Shown: piece after piece, positions 24,081 through 37,372 of the stretch
Position numbering within the stretch: position 1 is the stretch's first letter
How the letters are laid out: every line of letters starts with the position of its first letter
Assembly: GCF_030028105.1 (NCBI RefSeq)
Contig: NC_092379.1
Coordinates: 24,173,821-24,237,820 of the forward strand
Source of the DNA: Mobula birostris
Taxonomy: Eukaryota
Reading direction: 5' to 3'
DNA length: 64,000 bases
Translations under genes and position numbers: made by a program
The notes under the pieces: model-generated
Databases searched by the model: none
Told to the model about the DNA's origin: nothing
Seen by the model: the letters and a program-made list of their open reading frames with translations, nothing else

Positions 24081-27000
24081 AGAAAGACTTGGGCAAAAAT
24101 ATTCCAATCGACAGGAGGCCCCAATTAAGAAAAAAAATAACCTAAACAGCCTTCTGTTCTGTTTTCTAATTTCAACCTGTCAGTGAATTGTAAAACGTTG
24201 CATCAACTAATAAAGCAAGTGGCAAAAGAAATGCGGCAGAGGAAGGCCAATGAGCTATATTGAATTGTTATGCACTGTTGCTGGCAGTGCAGTACAGCGC
24301 AATCTTCGTTGTGATTATTGATTTTAACATTCACGATGCTGCATTCGCACAAGCCACCCCACCTTGAAAAAGTGATCAGATGCAAGCACTGGGTTGTACG
24401 TTCAATTGAGCCCCACCCCCCGCCCCTACCAAATACTAAATTCTGCGCATACACCACACTAATCATGAGTTGTTTGAATATTTTTTATCCCAACTCAAGT
24501 GAGATCCAGGATGAGAAATTCCATCCAAATGGGGGAAACTGCTATGGGATAAACACCCGGCTCGCATCCACGTATTTCGGAGAGTGGCTCTCAACGAAGC
24601 AACATCAAATTAATTATAATAGCGTTAATAGTAGAAGTAGTAGCAGCAGTAGCAATCATTATAGCGACTCTAATAGTCCAATAGTTTCCAGCAACTGAAA
24701 CATGAGTGTGCTTTGCTATGCCCGTACCTCAGCTTTTACCATCCTGAGATGAGGAAAGAAAAAAAAAAGAAACAAAGTCGTTTCATTGCGTCTACGGATT
24801 CGTTCTCAATTTTGCTTTTATATTATAGAACCTTATAGTACAGTAGCTCGCAGAATACTCTAAACAATCACACAATGCATTGTTTTGTATTTAGGATGAA
24901 ATATCTAAATGCCATTGTATTTGATTTGTGTCATTGAGATAAAAGTTATGAACGAGAAAGAATGACCATAAAATGCACAAGGATTGTATTATAAGCTATA
25001 GCTTAATTTTGCCAAGTCCAGCAGCGGGTCGAAAATAATTTAAAAACAGACCTATCGATGAACATTTGAGAATTCATGTGACGAGGATCTAGTTTCAACG
25101 AAGCCTGGAGGGACACAAACATATCTCACACCCGTGTTGTTAAATTGTTGAAAAGTTGTTAAATTGCTCGGAAAGGTTCTGCTAACTGGTCAGTGGAACA
25201 GTGCTCATTTGCACATAGATGAGTTCGTGATAGATACGTAGAATTTTAGAGCACATTCTACATAATTTCCCGAAATGTAAGTACTTGAAAAACTGGAGAC
25301 TGAAATGCAGTACAAGACCGACCATCAAAGGTCTTACCTCTTTCCTAACCAATTGGATATATATCAAATATCTAATCGGCCATTCTGCTGAGTTAAGTCT
25401 GCAAACAGTAGAAAGAGTAGAAGAGCAGCATGTTCAAGTTTGGGCATTTCCTGGGCTCCACGATCAGCGTAGTCCCATTTCCAAAAGTGAGTTTAGACAC
25501 AGTTATATCTTGTTACATTTTTTTCGGGATTCTCTCCACATTTCTTTCTAACCGGCTGTCCTGTCTTCCGGTGATAAAGCAATTCAGGGAAGCATGATGG
25601 CCTCGACCTGTCAGCGATCCATGCAATAAGGTCAAAACCGTCGATATCCAGTGGTTAACAAAGAACAGAGAATGCTCAGTAAATGCAACGGAAATATTCT
25701 TGTTGTCAATGCTGCTTGACAGTAACTGATTTGCCGTCAGGACACCGAGGTGTTGCGGCTGAGAAGTTAATGTTTGGCCATGGATGGCATTTCAACTACT
25801 ATGCACGGTGAAATAAGTCAATACAAAAACCTTTCTCTCAAACACAAGACAGTATACGGACCGTTTTCAAGGCAGTGGCCACGTCCCGAGGAGCTTCATT
25901 TGAATGTTACTGAATGAAATCAAAACTAAATCAGAGACAATGACAGTAGATGTCCGAAATCGTTGTCAGTGACAAGCCTTGTAAGAGACCATGGCATCGA
26001 TAGGTTGTAAGCATCACGGCGCTTCATGTATGCTCGAAAGTTCATGGTCGATGAAAACCCCATTTCCAACTCTCTTCGATTTATTAAATGTCCAGAGAGT
26101 TATCGAGTTCAGCCCTGGATAGTTAATTGCACACTGAGTCCTTACAATCGAATGGGAGAACAGAATTTTCAAAATTAAAACGTTCCCAGTAATGGAATTT
26201 CTGCCGAAGCCACTCCTGCTTATCGGTACCCTTACAATGCGGCAGTGTCCCGATTTCCGGAGTAGCCACCCAAAGGAGAACGCTGTCCTATGCAGAATAT
26301 TGTGTATAGTTACTGTTGTAATCTCCAGTGATGTTCGGGCATTCATACAGAGCATTCTTTCATTGCTGATTATTTCATCAACTAAACACAACTACTACTC
26401 CCAGTAAATCGGATTAGCAGATTTACATAATCCACATCAAACACAACACCAGTGCACTGCCCTGAACTGAGAGTTTTCTGTGCGGAATGTACGATATATT
26501 CTACTCCAATGCTCTCTTTCACAAATTGCTCTGCTCTTTTTCCCCTCTTTTCACGCATTTATCAGTACTTTGAATACATAGCGATCCTCGCTTACCGGGC
26601 TTGTCTTCCCTCTCTACTTTTAGTTATTGGTAGATTATAATAAAGAAGTTCATTTTTTCGTGCTGTTACTCTCTAACTGTACCTATTCAGCCTGTGACAG
26701 GATAACCATTTTCTACAGCTTATTTCTACGGTCAACCAGGTTTCTACACACACTCCCCATTTTTCTCTCACGCGAATCTTTTTTAGAATTGTTGCAACTT
26801 CTGATAGAGGCTCCTCGGAATCAAACTTTAACGCACGTTTCTTTTTTTGCCTTGGACTTCGTGAGAATTTCCAGATTGATTTTTGAAATTCCAGCAATCG
26901 CATTTTTTAATTATTTTTTCAGGAGAAAGGAGCGTTTCCAGCGGGGGATAGTTCCATTGACAGTGTCCCGTGAGATTAACAGTTTCATCGTTAAGAAATG

Positions 27001-27120
27001 GGGTGCATTAAAGAACATAGATTATAGACGGTATAGGCAGAGCCCATTCAGCCCGTCCGATAACTGCGGAAATGACGATGTCACTTTTAAGGAGCATATT
27101 TGCTTACATTCCCCTACCAT

Positions 27121-30100
27121 TCATAGAACCATAGAAACTACAGCACAGAAAGAGGCCCTTTGGCCCTTCTTGGCTGTGCCGAACCATTTTCTGCCTAGTC
27201 CCACTGACTTTGCACATGGACCATATCCCTCCATACACCTCCCATCCATGTATCTGTCCAATTTATTCTTAAATATTAAAAAAGAACCTGCATTTACTAC
27301 CTCGTCTGGAAGCTCATTCCATACTCCCACCATCCTCTGTGTGAAAAAGCCCCGTCTAATGTTCCCTTTAAACTTTCCCCCCCTCACCCTTAACCCATGT
27401 CCTCTTTTTTTTTTCTCCCCTTGCATCAGTGGAAAAAAGCCTGCTTGCATTCACTCTATCTATACCCATCATAATTTTATATACCTCTATCAAATCTCCC
27501 CTCATTCTTCTACGCTCCAGGGAATAAAGTCCCAACCTATTCAACCTTTCTCTGTAACTGAGTTTCTCAAGTCCCGGCAACATCCTTGTAAACCTTCTCT
27601 GCATTCTTTCAACCTTATTTATAATTTCCTGTAATTTGGTGACCAAAAATGAACACAATACTCCAGATTCGGCCTCACCAATGCCTTATACAACCTCATC
27701 ATATCATTCCAGCTCTTATACTCAATACTTCGATTAATAAAGGCCAATGTACCAAAAGCTCTCTTTACGACCCTATCTACCTGTGACGACACTTTTAGGG
27801 AATTTTGAATCTGTATTCCCAGATCCCTCTGTTCCACTGCACTCCTCAGTGCCTTACCATTAACCCTGTATGTTCTACCTTGGTTTGTCCTTCCAACGTG
27901 CAATACCTCACACTTGACAGTATTAAACTCTATCTGCCATTTTTCAGCCCATTTTTCCAGATGGTCCAAGTCCCTCTGCAGGTTCTGAAAACTTTCCTCA
28001 CTGTACTACACCTCCAATCTTTGTATCATCAACAAACTTGCTGATCCAATTTACCACATCATCATCCAGATGATTGATATAGATGACAAATAACAATGGA
28101 CCCAACAGTGATCCCTGTGGCACACCACTAGTCACAGGCCTCCACTCAGAGAAGCAATTCTCTACCACCACTCTCTGGCTTCTTCCATCGAGCCAATGTC
28201 TAATCCAATTTACCACCTCTCCATGTATCCCTAGCGGCTGAATTTTCCTAACTAACCTCCCATGCGGGACCTTGTCAAAGGCCTTACTGAAGTCTATGTA
28301 GACAACATCCACTGCCTTCCCTTCATCCACATTCCTGGTAACCTCCTCGAAAAACTCCAACAGATTGGTCAAACATGACCTACCGTGCACAAAGCCATGT
28401 TGACTCTCCCTAATAAGCCCTGTCTATCCAAATGCTTGTACATTCTGTCTCTTAGTACTCCCTCCAATAACTTACCTACTACTGACGTTAAACTCACCGG
28501 TCTATAATTTCCCGGATTGCTTTTCGATCCTTTTTTAAACAACGGAACAACATGAGCCACTCTCCAATCCTCCGGCACTTCACCCGTAGACAGCGACATT
28601 TTAAATATTTCTTCTAGGGCCCCCGTAATTTCAACACTAGTCTCCTTCAAGGTCCGAGGGAACACTCTGTCAGGTCCTGGGGATTTATCCACTTTAATTT
28701 TCCTCAAGACAGCAAGCACCTCCTCCTTTTCAATCTCTACAGTTTCCATGGTCTCACTACTTGATTCCCTCAATTCCATAGATTTCATGCCAGCTTCCTT
28801 AGTAAATACAGACACAACAAACCTATTTAAGATCTCCCCCATTTCCTTTGGTTCTGCACAAAGCCGACCACTCTGATTTTCAAGAGGACAAATTTTATCC
28901 CTTACAATCCTTTTGCTCTTAATATACTTATAAAAGCTCGTTGGATTATCCTTCACTTTGACTGCCAAGGCAACCTCATGTCTTCTTTTAGCCCTCTTGA
29001 TTTATTTCTTAAGTATTTTCTTGCACTTCTTATACTCCTCAAGCACCTGATTTACCCTCTGTTTCCTATACATTTCATACAACTCCCTCTTCTTCTTTAT
29101 CAGAGTTGCAATATCCCTTGAGAACCAAGGTTCCTTATTCCTATTCAATTTGCCTTTAATCCTGACAGGAACATACGAACTCTGCACTCTCAAAATTTCC
29201 CCTTTGAAGGCTTCCCACCTACCAATCACATCTTTGCCAGAGAACAACCTGTCCCATCCACGCTTTTTAGATCATTTCTCATTTCTTCAAATTTGGCCTT
29301 CTTCCAGTTCAGAACCTCAGCCCTAGGACCAGATCTATCCTTGTCCATGATCAAATTGAAACTAATGGTGTTATGATCACTGGAACCAACGTGCTCCCCT
29401 ACACAGACTTCTTTCACTTGTCCTAATTCGTTACCTGACAGGAGATCCAATATTGCATCCCCTCTAGTTGGTCCACCTATATGTTGATTTAGAAAACTTT
29501 CCTGAACACATTTTACAAACTCTAAACCATCTAGACCCCTAACAGTATGGGAGTCCCAATCAATGTATGAAAAATTAAAATCCCCTACCACCACCACTTT
29601 ATGTTTCCTGCAGTTGCCTGCTATCTCTCTGCAGATTTGCTCTTCCAAGTCTCGTTGACTATTGGGCGGTCTGTAATACAATCCCACTAATGTGGTCATA
29701 CCTTTCCTGTTTCTCAGATCCACCCATAAGGACTCAGTAGACAAGCCCTCTAATCTGTCCTGCCTGAGCACTGCTGTAATATTTTCCCTAACAGGCAATG
29801 CTACTCCCCCACCTTTCATACCTCTGCCTCGATCACATCTGAAACATCGGAACCCTGGAATATTAAGCTGCCAGTCCTGCCCCTCCTGTAGCCAAGTTTC
29901 ACTAACTGCTGCAACATCATAATTCCACGTGTCAATCGACACCCTCAACTCATCCGCCTTCCCCGCAATACTCCTAGCATTGAAATATATACACCTCAGA
30001 TGATTTTTACCACCACTCACAATCTTTCTATCAGCGGATTTGCTTAAACTTTCAACATCATTTATTTTCACCCCAGCCACATTGTCAGCTCTGGCACTCT

Positions 30101-31053
30101 GGTTCCCATCCCCCTGCAAATCTAGTTTAAAGCCTCCCCAACAGCACTAACAAACCTCCCTGAAAGGATATTGGTTCCCCTGTGGTTCAACTGTAACCTG
30201 TCTCTCTTGTACAGGTCCCATCTGCCCCAGAAGAGATCCCAATCATCCTGAAATCTGAAACCCTGCCCCCTACACCTGTTCCTCAGCCACTTGTTCCTCT
30301 TCCAGAGCATCCTATTCCTACCCTCACTGGCACCTAGCACAGGTAGCAATCCTGAGATTACCACCCTTGAAGTCCTAATTTTCAACTTCCTACCAAGCTC
30401 TCTATACGCACTCTCCAGGACCTCTTCACTCTTCCTTGCTATGTCATTGGTACCGATGTGCACCACGACATCTGGCTGATCACCCTCCCACTTCAGAATA
30501 TCATGCAATCGATCAGAGACATCCTTGACCCTGGCACCTGGGAGGAAACAAACCATCCTGGATTCTCTGTCACGACCACAGAACCTTCTATCTGCACCTC
30601 TAACTATCGAATCCCCTATCACTACCTCTCTCCTCTTTCTCCCCCCTCCCTTCTGCTCTGCAGAGCCAGACTTAGTGCCAGAGATCCGGCTACTGCAGCT
30701 AGTCCCAGGTAAGGCATCCCCCCAACAGTATCCAATGCGGTATACTTGTTGTTGAGGTGAATGGCCACAGGGGAACCCTGCTCTGCCTGCCCTTTCCTCT
30801 TCTCTCGCCTGACAGTGACCTAATTTCCTGTCCTCTGCTCCTTTGGCGTAACTACCTCCCTGTAGCTACGATCTATAATCTCCTCATTCTCCCGAATGAT
30901 CTGCAGGTCATCCAGCTCCTGCTCCAGTTCCCTAACGCGGTTTGTCAGGAGCTGCAGCTGGATGCACTTCTTGCAGGTGTCGTTGTCAGGGACACCAGAG
31001 GGCTCCCTGACTTCCTTCATCCTGCAAGAGGAGTATTCCAATATTCCTTGCAT
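27121..31053 (-). mobile_element. Near full-length CR1 LINE (ORF1 zinc-finger/coiled-coil plus esterase; ORF2 APE-RT)
   Basis: 30820-31053: SSCRM..CKKCIQLQLLTNRVRELEQEL. 30122-30622: IGDSIVRG..VVHIGTND (GDSL/SGNH). 29226-30119: YFNARSI..VSETWL..GDFN. 27368-28968: RT with PQGSLLGP and FVDDTK. Tail at ~27121. Broken by several frameshifts. Confidence 0.96.
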
Positions 31054-31499
31054 GGTGAATGCTATATCAAATTATCTGTCAACAGTTGCCATCGTATTCG
31101 TTTCCAGAATAACTCTTTAGCATCCAGTCATTTCCCACTCTTTGCATTTTTTCCATGTCTCGTATAACACCTTTGGTGACCTTCCGCTCATCATAAATCA
31201 AAATGGCCTAGGAAATCACGGTTCCACCTTGGCATAAAAACGCTGATGATCTTCCCTGTCATTATATCTAATTTCGTACATTTTTCCAGGACGGCCATCA
31301 GGCTACAATGCTCAATATAAAGAAATTCTTGTTTGTCTAAACACCCCCATACACCACAACCCAGGTAACAGACAGGTGATCTTTTCTGCGCCATATCAAA
31401 AGTTTCACATCCTGCCTGAAATATGACCACGATTGCAAGAACGACACACAAAACTCAAAATCCGATTGCACAGAAATGTTATATGTAAGATAATAAGTG

Positions 31500-33640
31500 A
31501 AAGGAGCAAAATAAGGCCATTTGGCGCAAATAGTCTTCTCCACCATTTCATCATGGCTGATCCAATTTTCCTCTTAACCCCAATCTGCTGCCTCCTACTG
31601 ATATCACTTCATGCGCTAACCAATCGAGAATCTATCAACCTCTGCCTTAAATATACATAAAGACGACTTGCCTTCCACAACTGCCTGTGGCAAATAATTC
31701 CACAACTTCACCATTGTATGGCTGAAGAATTTCTTCTTCATCTCCTTTCTAAAAGGACGCCCCTCTATTCTGTGTTCTCTGGTTTTAGACTGTCTCACCA
31801 CAGGAAACATAGTCTTCAATCCACTCTTTCAAGGCCTTTCGCCATTCCGTAGGTTGCAGTGAGGTAACCCTCCATTCTTTTGACTTCGAGTGAATACAGG
31901 GCCAGAGCCATTAAACGGTCCTCAAATGGCAAGCCATTCAGTCCTGGAATTATTTTCCTGAATCCCTTTGGAATTTTCTATGATACATCCTTTCTATGAT
32001 GAGCGGCCCATATCTGCTGAGAATACTCTAAGTGAGGCGACACCAGTGCTATATAAGGTTTCAACATTACATCCTTGCTTTTATATGCTGGTACTCTTGA
32101 AATGAGTGCCAACATTACATTTACCTTTCTCACCACAGACTCAACCTGCAAATTAAATGTTGAGTAATCCTGCACAGCGAATCGCAAGTCTCTGTCCAAA
32201 TCGTTTTTTTCGTATTTTCTTTCCATTTAGAAAATAGTCAATCCTTTCATTTCTTCCACCAAATGGCATGACCGTACACTTTCCAAGAATATATTCCATC
32301 TTTATTTTGTTTTTCCATTTCTTAAAGTCTGTCTGTCCTTCTGTAGCCCCCTACTTTCACAAACTACCTGATCCTGCACCTATCTTCATATCGTCTGCAA
32401 ACATTTCAACCAAGGCATCAAATCCATTATCCAAATAATTAACACATAACGTAAATGAATCGGTTCTAACTCAGATCACCGCGGAATGCCACTAGTGACC
32501 GGCAGCCATCCAGAAATGGCTCACTTTGTTCCACTCCTTGCCTTCTGCCAATCAGCCACTGCTTTATCTATCCTGTAATGTTTCATGCAATACCATAAAC
32601 CTATAGCTGTTAAGCAGCCTAATGTTGTAAAGGACTTCTGAAGATTCAAGTGCACAAAATCACCTGGTTCTCTTTTGTTTCTCCTACTAAATAATTCTTC
32701 AAATATTTCCAAAACATTTGTCAGGAAAGATATTTCATTGCGGAAACCATGATGAAAATGTCCTATTTACCATGTGTCTCTCGTATCCTCAGACCTCGTT
32801 TATAATCATCGACTCCAACATCGTTTGAAACACTGTGGTGAGACTAACTAGCCTATAGTTTCCTTTCGTCTTCCTCTTTCCCTTCTTGAAGTCTGGAGTG
32901 ACACTTGCAGTTTTCTAATCTTCTGGAACCATTGCGGAATCTAATGATTATTGAAGGATCATTGTTCAGGCCGCCACAACCACTTTAGCAACGACTTTCA
33001 GAACTCGAGGGTACGCCATCTGGTCCATACGATTTATCTACCTTCAGATCTTTCAGTTTCCCAAGAACATTCTCTCCAGTTATGGGAACTTCACACATTT
33101 CGTGATCCCTGGCACCTGCAAATCCTACCATACTAGTAGTATCTTCAACAGCGCAGAAGAATAAAAAAATGCTTATTCAGTTCGTCCGCCATTTCGTTGT
33201 TCCCAATTGCTACCTCTCCAATATTGTTCTCCAACGATTCGACATCCACAATTGCCTTTCTATTACACATTACGTATTCGAAGAAACGTATCTTTTTTAA
33301 AAAAAAAATATTGGCTATCTTACTTTCGTATTTCATTTTTACCTGCTTAGTGACTTTTCAGTGGCTTTTGATGGTATTTGAAGCTTTCCAGTCCTTTAAA
33401 CTCCCACTCACTTTTGCGCTATTACATTACTCCACTTTGGAGTTATGTTGGTTTTACTTCTGTTGTTAGTCACAGTTGTGTCATTTTTCCTTTAGAACAC
33501 CTCTTCCTCTTTGGGATAAAAATGTCCCGTGTCTTCCGAATTGCTTTTAGAAATTCCAGCGACTGCTGCTCTGCCGTCATCCCTGCCAGAGTTCTTTTTC
33601 CAATCAAACGTCAGCAACATTGCTTGCCAACATTTATGGA
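31500..33640 (-). mobile_element. Degraded, internally deleted CR1 LINE
   Basis: Fragments LYIALVSPHLEY, GDFVHLNLQKSF, NEMADELNKHF. The 3' end is near 31500. Confidence 0.85.
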
Positions 33641-36235
33641 CAATTACATGCACGATGACGGGCTACATATTGTACTCGTCCTTTGGCAACACTCCTTCAC
33701 AGAGAATTAGCCATAGGGTTTGGAGGTGTTGCGTGCCTTAATTACCGGTGCGCCGCGTGGTTTGGCTTTGTGAAGGGTTAGCCATGGCAAACAATTCAAA
33801 GGGTAGAGGCCACATTAAGAATAGTCCAACGTTCCTTCAGGTTCGCTGTTTCTGCTCAGCACAACAGTCGGTACTAGTAAAAAAAAAAGAAATTGTCCGC
33901 AATATCAAGTGCACACTGCAGAAGTCCTTGATGGGCTGGAAAAGGACCAGGGAAGTTCTGTTGTTGTAGAAGACAATGAAAATCAAATTAGTTGCATCAC
34001 AATAATTTCGGCAAATACAAAAATGCTGTAGTTCCCTGTAATCAGACTGACAGAGTTCGGTCAAAGTCCACTGAGGTGGGGCATTAACTCTTTTCCTTTC
34101 CCCACAGATGTTCTCTGGCCTACTTATTGTTGGCACTGAGGGAGTCATAATAGTGTCAGTCGGTGAAATTTTCAGTCAGAGATCTTTTACTTCCCGAAAC
34201 CAGTCGGTGACAAGTGTTGTTCTCCATTGATCAAATTTTATCTGGATCTTTACAAAACCACCCAACAAACTGACAGCAGGGTACTCGAGTGAAGAGAGGA
34301 GCCGGAGAATGGGATATCTGCAGAGTGCTGGTGTGAAAGGGGGTGGCTGCTGAGCTGGAGAGGAGAACTGGAGCTGGGTTTCTCAGCTCAGAGTAAATTT
34401 GTAATGAAATAACACTTGGGTATTTGTTAAAAATGATCGATGGTGTATCAGCAGGGCGGGTGAAACTCGGTCTGCCTTTAGTCTGAATTGTAGTAAGTTG
34501 ATAGAACACCGGATGGTATGAACAACAGATGGGTGATAATATTGCTTACATCATTTGGAATCTGGGCGTTGCCGGTAAAGCCATTCAGAAGGTAGAGTAT
34601 TTGGAGGCAAATGTATTGGTGGTTCAGGGGTCAGAAACAGGCTCGAGGCGTAGGATTAAGAAATCCCCTTCATTGAGAGACATCAGTAAAACTGAAGGTA
34701 CATCATTTCTAATGACTACATTTTAAGAAATAAAAACACATTATTAAGATGTTGTATATCTGACCACCGACCCAAATCTTTTGCACAATCATTATTACCT
34801 GCGTTTAAAATTGACAGTTTTGTTGGGGTGGTATCCCTGGAGTGTTCATCCTTCTCTCTACGATGCATAGCTATTTTAGGGTACTGGCCTGGTTTCCCAT
34901 CTCTCTGAAACCAACTTTGTGTCTGTCCATTCAATAACTATACCCATGTTGTCCTGGCCAATATTTCTCTTTCAATAACATCACCAGAACGGAGTGATTG
35001 TTTTCATCTCAAATTTGTCGATTCTGTTCTTTGCAGAAAGGCTGCACATTCCCTGCTCTGCAACAGGTTTTACATTGAAGCTATTGCATTGCCTGTGAAG
35101 TGCTTGGGGCACCATGAGTGTGTTCTGTAAACGTCAGCACTTCATCTCACAACCACTTTTACTGATTCGCGCGTTACACTGTTAATAGAAGAAATCACTT
35201 CTTAAACAAACTCAGCTGTGGATGGAGGCGGGCAAAAATTTAGAAGGTTTAATCCTGCGATATCGCCTATACCTCTAATGTATCCTGGAACAGACCTTAT
35301 ACTGGAAATTACATGATATGGCTGACACCTACTTATGTCCTGGGGGATATCGAGCCATCAAATATTCCCTCAGCTCATGTCTTAATCCGATCATTTTCAA
35401 CGTAAATCCGTGATCCCAATAACTTGACACAGAACACATTCGTTGTTGTCACTGACAGGAAACACGGACAATTGCAATGAAATGCTCAGCCCCTGACCGT
35501 GGGCCCATTCAGTGCTGAGTGTCATAACCTAGATTTCATCCAAACGGTGTGCTCACTCAACACAATCTTATGGTGTCAGGACACAGTCTGGTGACAAGAT
35601 CCGACCCCATTCCCATGTAGCCTGTTTCCGGTCTGTGGACAATTCACTGGTAGGGTGGTATATGTACCCTTGTACTGTTAGTGGGCTGTAGAGGAACCCA
35701 GCTATTTCGTGAAGGTTCATTACTTCCTCTAAATGTCTCACTGATGTTAGGTGATTCACTACATTCCTCAAATAAATTAATAAAATACAAACATGTGAGG
35801 ATAAAATTCAGAAATCGGAGTTACATGAAATCACTGTCAACGTGGTTTATCCACTCCAGTTGGTAAAATTGCACACCGCTCAGTGTCTTCACTCAAGCAA
35901 TGTAGTGCCTTCACTTGCCTGTCACATGCAATAATCTCAACACCTGTCAACGTAACACCTGTATGGACCGTCAGCAACTGCATACTGAATTTATATCCAA
36001 AACTCACAGCTTGGTTCTTCCCGGCGTCTGAATACAAGAAGTACCTTCAGAGTTTTTCTGTCTAAGGACACCGGTTTCCACCAGCCCCCAGACACAGAGT
36101 CGAGTCCTTATGGGCTTTTATTTGCCCAAAAATGGCCATTTGGCATATCCTTGAGACTGGTTTCTGTGATTTGACTCTGGGAAGCAGCAACGTGGAAGTT
36201 ACGTAAAGTGACTGCGTTCCTAGTTTTTCGGGAAT

Positions 36236-36299
36236 AGTTTCTGTTCAGCTCCCCAATGCCGTGATCCATATTACGGAGATTCACCGCAGGTCACAAACC
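36236..36299 (-). other. Candidate Ig D segment (ATATGGAT, 36264-36271) with 12/12 RSS
   Basis: Minus strand: GGTTTGTGA-12-CTCCGTA | ATATGGAT | CACGGCA-12-ACAGAAACT. Both spacers are exactly 12 nt. The 5' heptamer lacks the invariant CAC (it reads TAC outward). Confidence 0.65.
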
Positions 36300-36878
36300 A
36301 CGTTTATCCCATCCAGCCCAAAGCCGGTTGAATCCCAGAATCTGCCAGCAGACTCATTAACTTCCCACGCCTGACTTCCTTCCCCAGTTGTCCCACGCAA
36401 TGACTCTCAATTTCCGCCAGTCTAGTACAGACGTGGAACCGATATGATGAAACGGGATTTTCAATGAGCTTCCACTGACAGCCATTCATCTGTTGTTCCG
36501 TTCTCTTCCAAACACATCTCCAGTGGAAATTCTATCTCTTCCCTGATTATATACTTGGAATCTGATTCGTATACTTTCGTCCCAGTGTAGTCGACGTAAG
36601 CACCCGAAGAACCTAATTTGAATAGACCTGTAGATTCGTAGCATTTCAGCACCAGTCCAAGTCTATAGGTGACCTCATTCGCAACGGTGCTTGGCTCCGA
36701 GATGCCCTGTGACATGATATCCTCTGTCCATCTATGCAACACTTCTTCTCAGGAATCCTCTCTCCCAGTCTGCCTTCCCTTCCGTGGATGAACGAACCTG
36801 TCCAGAAATATCGAGATAGAGCGGTGGCGATCGCTAGTTCCCTATCATTCAGCACTCCAATGGCTGGAGCTCCTGGTG

Positions 36879-36917
36879 GGTTTTCCTCTCGGTCCAGTCC
36901 CGGTCTCTCTCACTGTG
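36879..36917 (-). other. 23-spacer RSS of V2
   Basis: Perfect CACAGTG (36911-36917) + 23 nt + AGGAAAACC (7/9 consensus). Confidence 0.92.
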
Positions 36918-37372
36918 TCTCTGTCGTACAGTAATAGGTAACCGTGTCATCCATTCTCAGGTTGTTCATTTGCAGATGAAAGTTGCCGCTGCCCTTGGAA
37001 GCGGTGAACCGGCTCCGGACTCCAGGCGCGTAAAAATTGTAACTTTCACTATAATATCTCGCTAACGACTCCAGCCCTTTCCCTGAGACCTCCTTCACCC
37101 AATGCATGAAGGAGTCGTCGATATCGAAACCACTGACTGCACAGGACAATCTGTGCGAATTTCCAGGATTTACCGCTTCTGAGCCGGGCTGTTTCAGTAG
37201 AATGTCTGTCCGCACTTCTGTCAATAAATAAAGTGCAGAAATCAATGCAATGTTGCAGCAGCATAGGCCCCAAAGGCTCCGAAATATCGTCTGCCCTGGG
37301 TGGTTGACAGGCTCGAGACATATTGCCTGCCAGACAAGAGAAGAGGAGACAGCCATAAAGAACGACACCCAT
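36918..37372 (-). CDS. IGHV: Immunoglobulin heavy-chain V segment (IgW-like), open frame; leader exon 37327-37372, V exon 36918-37217 (V2)
   Basis: Leader MGVVLYGCLLFSCLA, then a 109-nt GC-AG intron, then EVRTDILLKQPGSEAVNPGNSHRLSCAVSGFDIDDSFMHWVKEVSGKGLESLARYYSESYNFYAPGVRSRFTASKGSGNFHLQMNNLRMDDTVTYYCTT. Both Cys and the core Trp are present and the RSS follows directly. Confidence 0.93.

Noticed and set aside
26627-27634. 335-aa plus-strand ORF
   Set aside because: Largely antisense to the CR1 3' end plus AT-rich flank; no recognisable domain.
35585-35625. J-like stretch (minus strand TGGGAATGGGGTCGG..GTCACC)
   Set aside because: No WGxG in frame, no upstream 23-RSS and no splice donor.
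35995-36050. J-like stretch (YFLY..GKNQA followed by GTGAGT)
   Set aside because: Lacks the W/F-G-x-G motif and a correctly oriented RSS.
36050-36120. G-rich D-like core TCTGGGGGCTGG with one heptamer-like flank; similar GGGACAACTGGGG at ~36381-36393
   Set aside because: No nonamers at 12- or 23-nt spacing.
36461-36742. 93-aa ORF directly downstream of V2
   Set aside because: It spans the V-D intergenic region, has no counterpart at V1 and shows no domain similarity.
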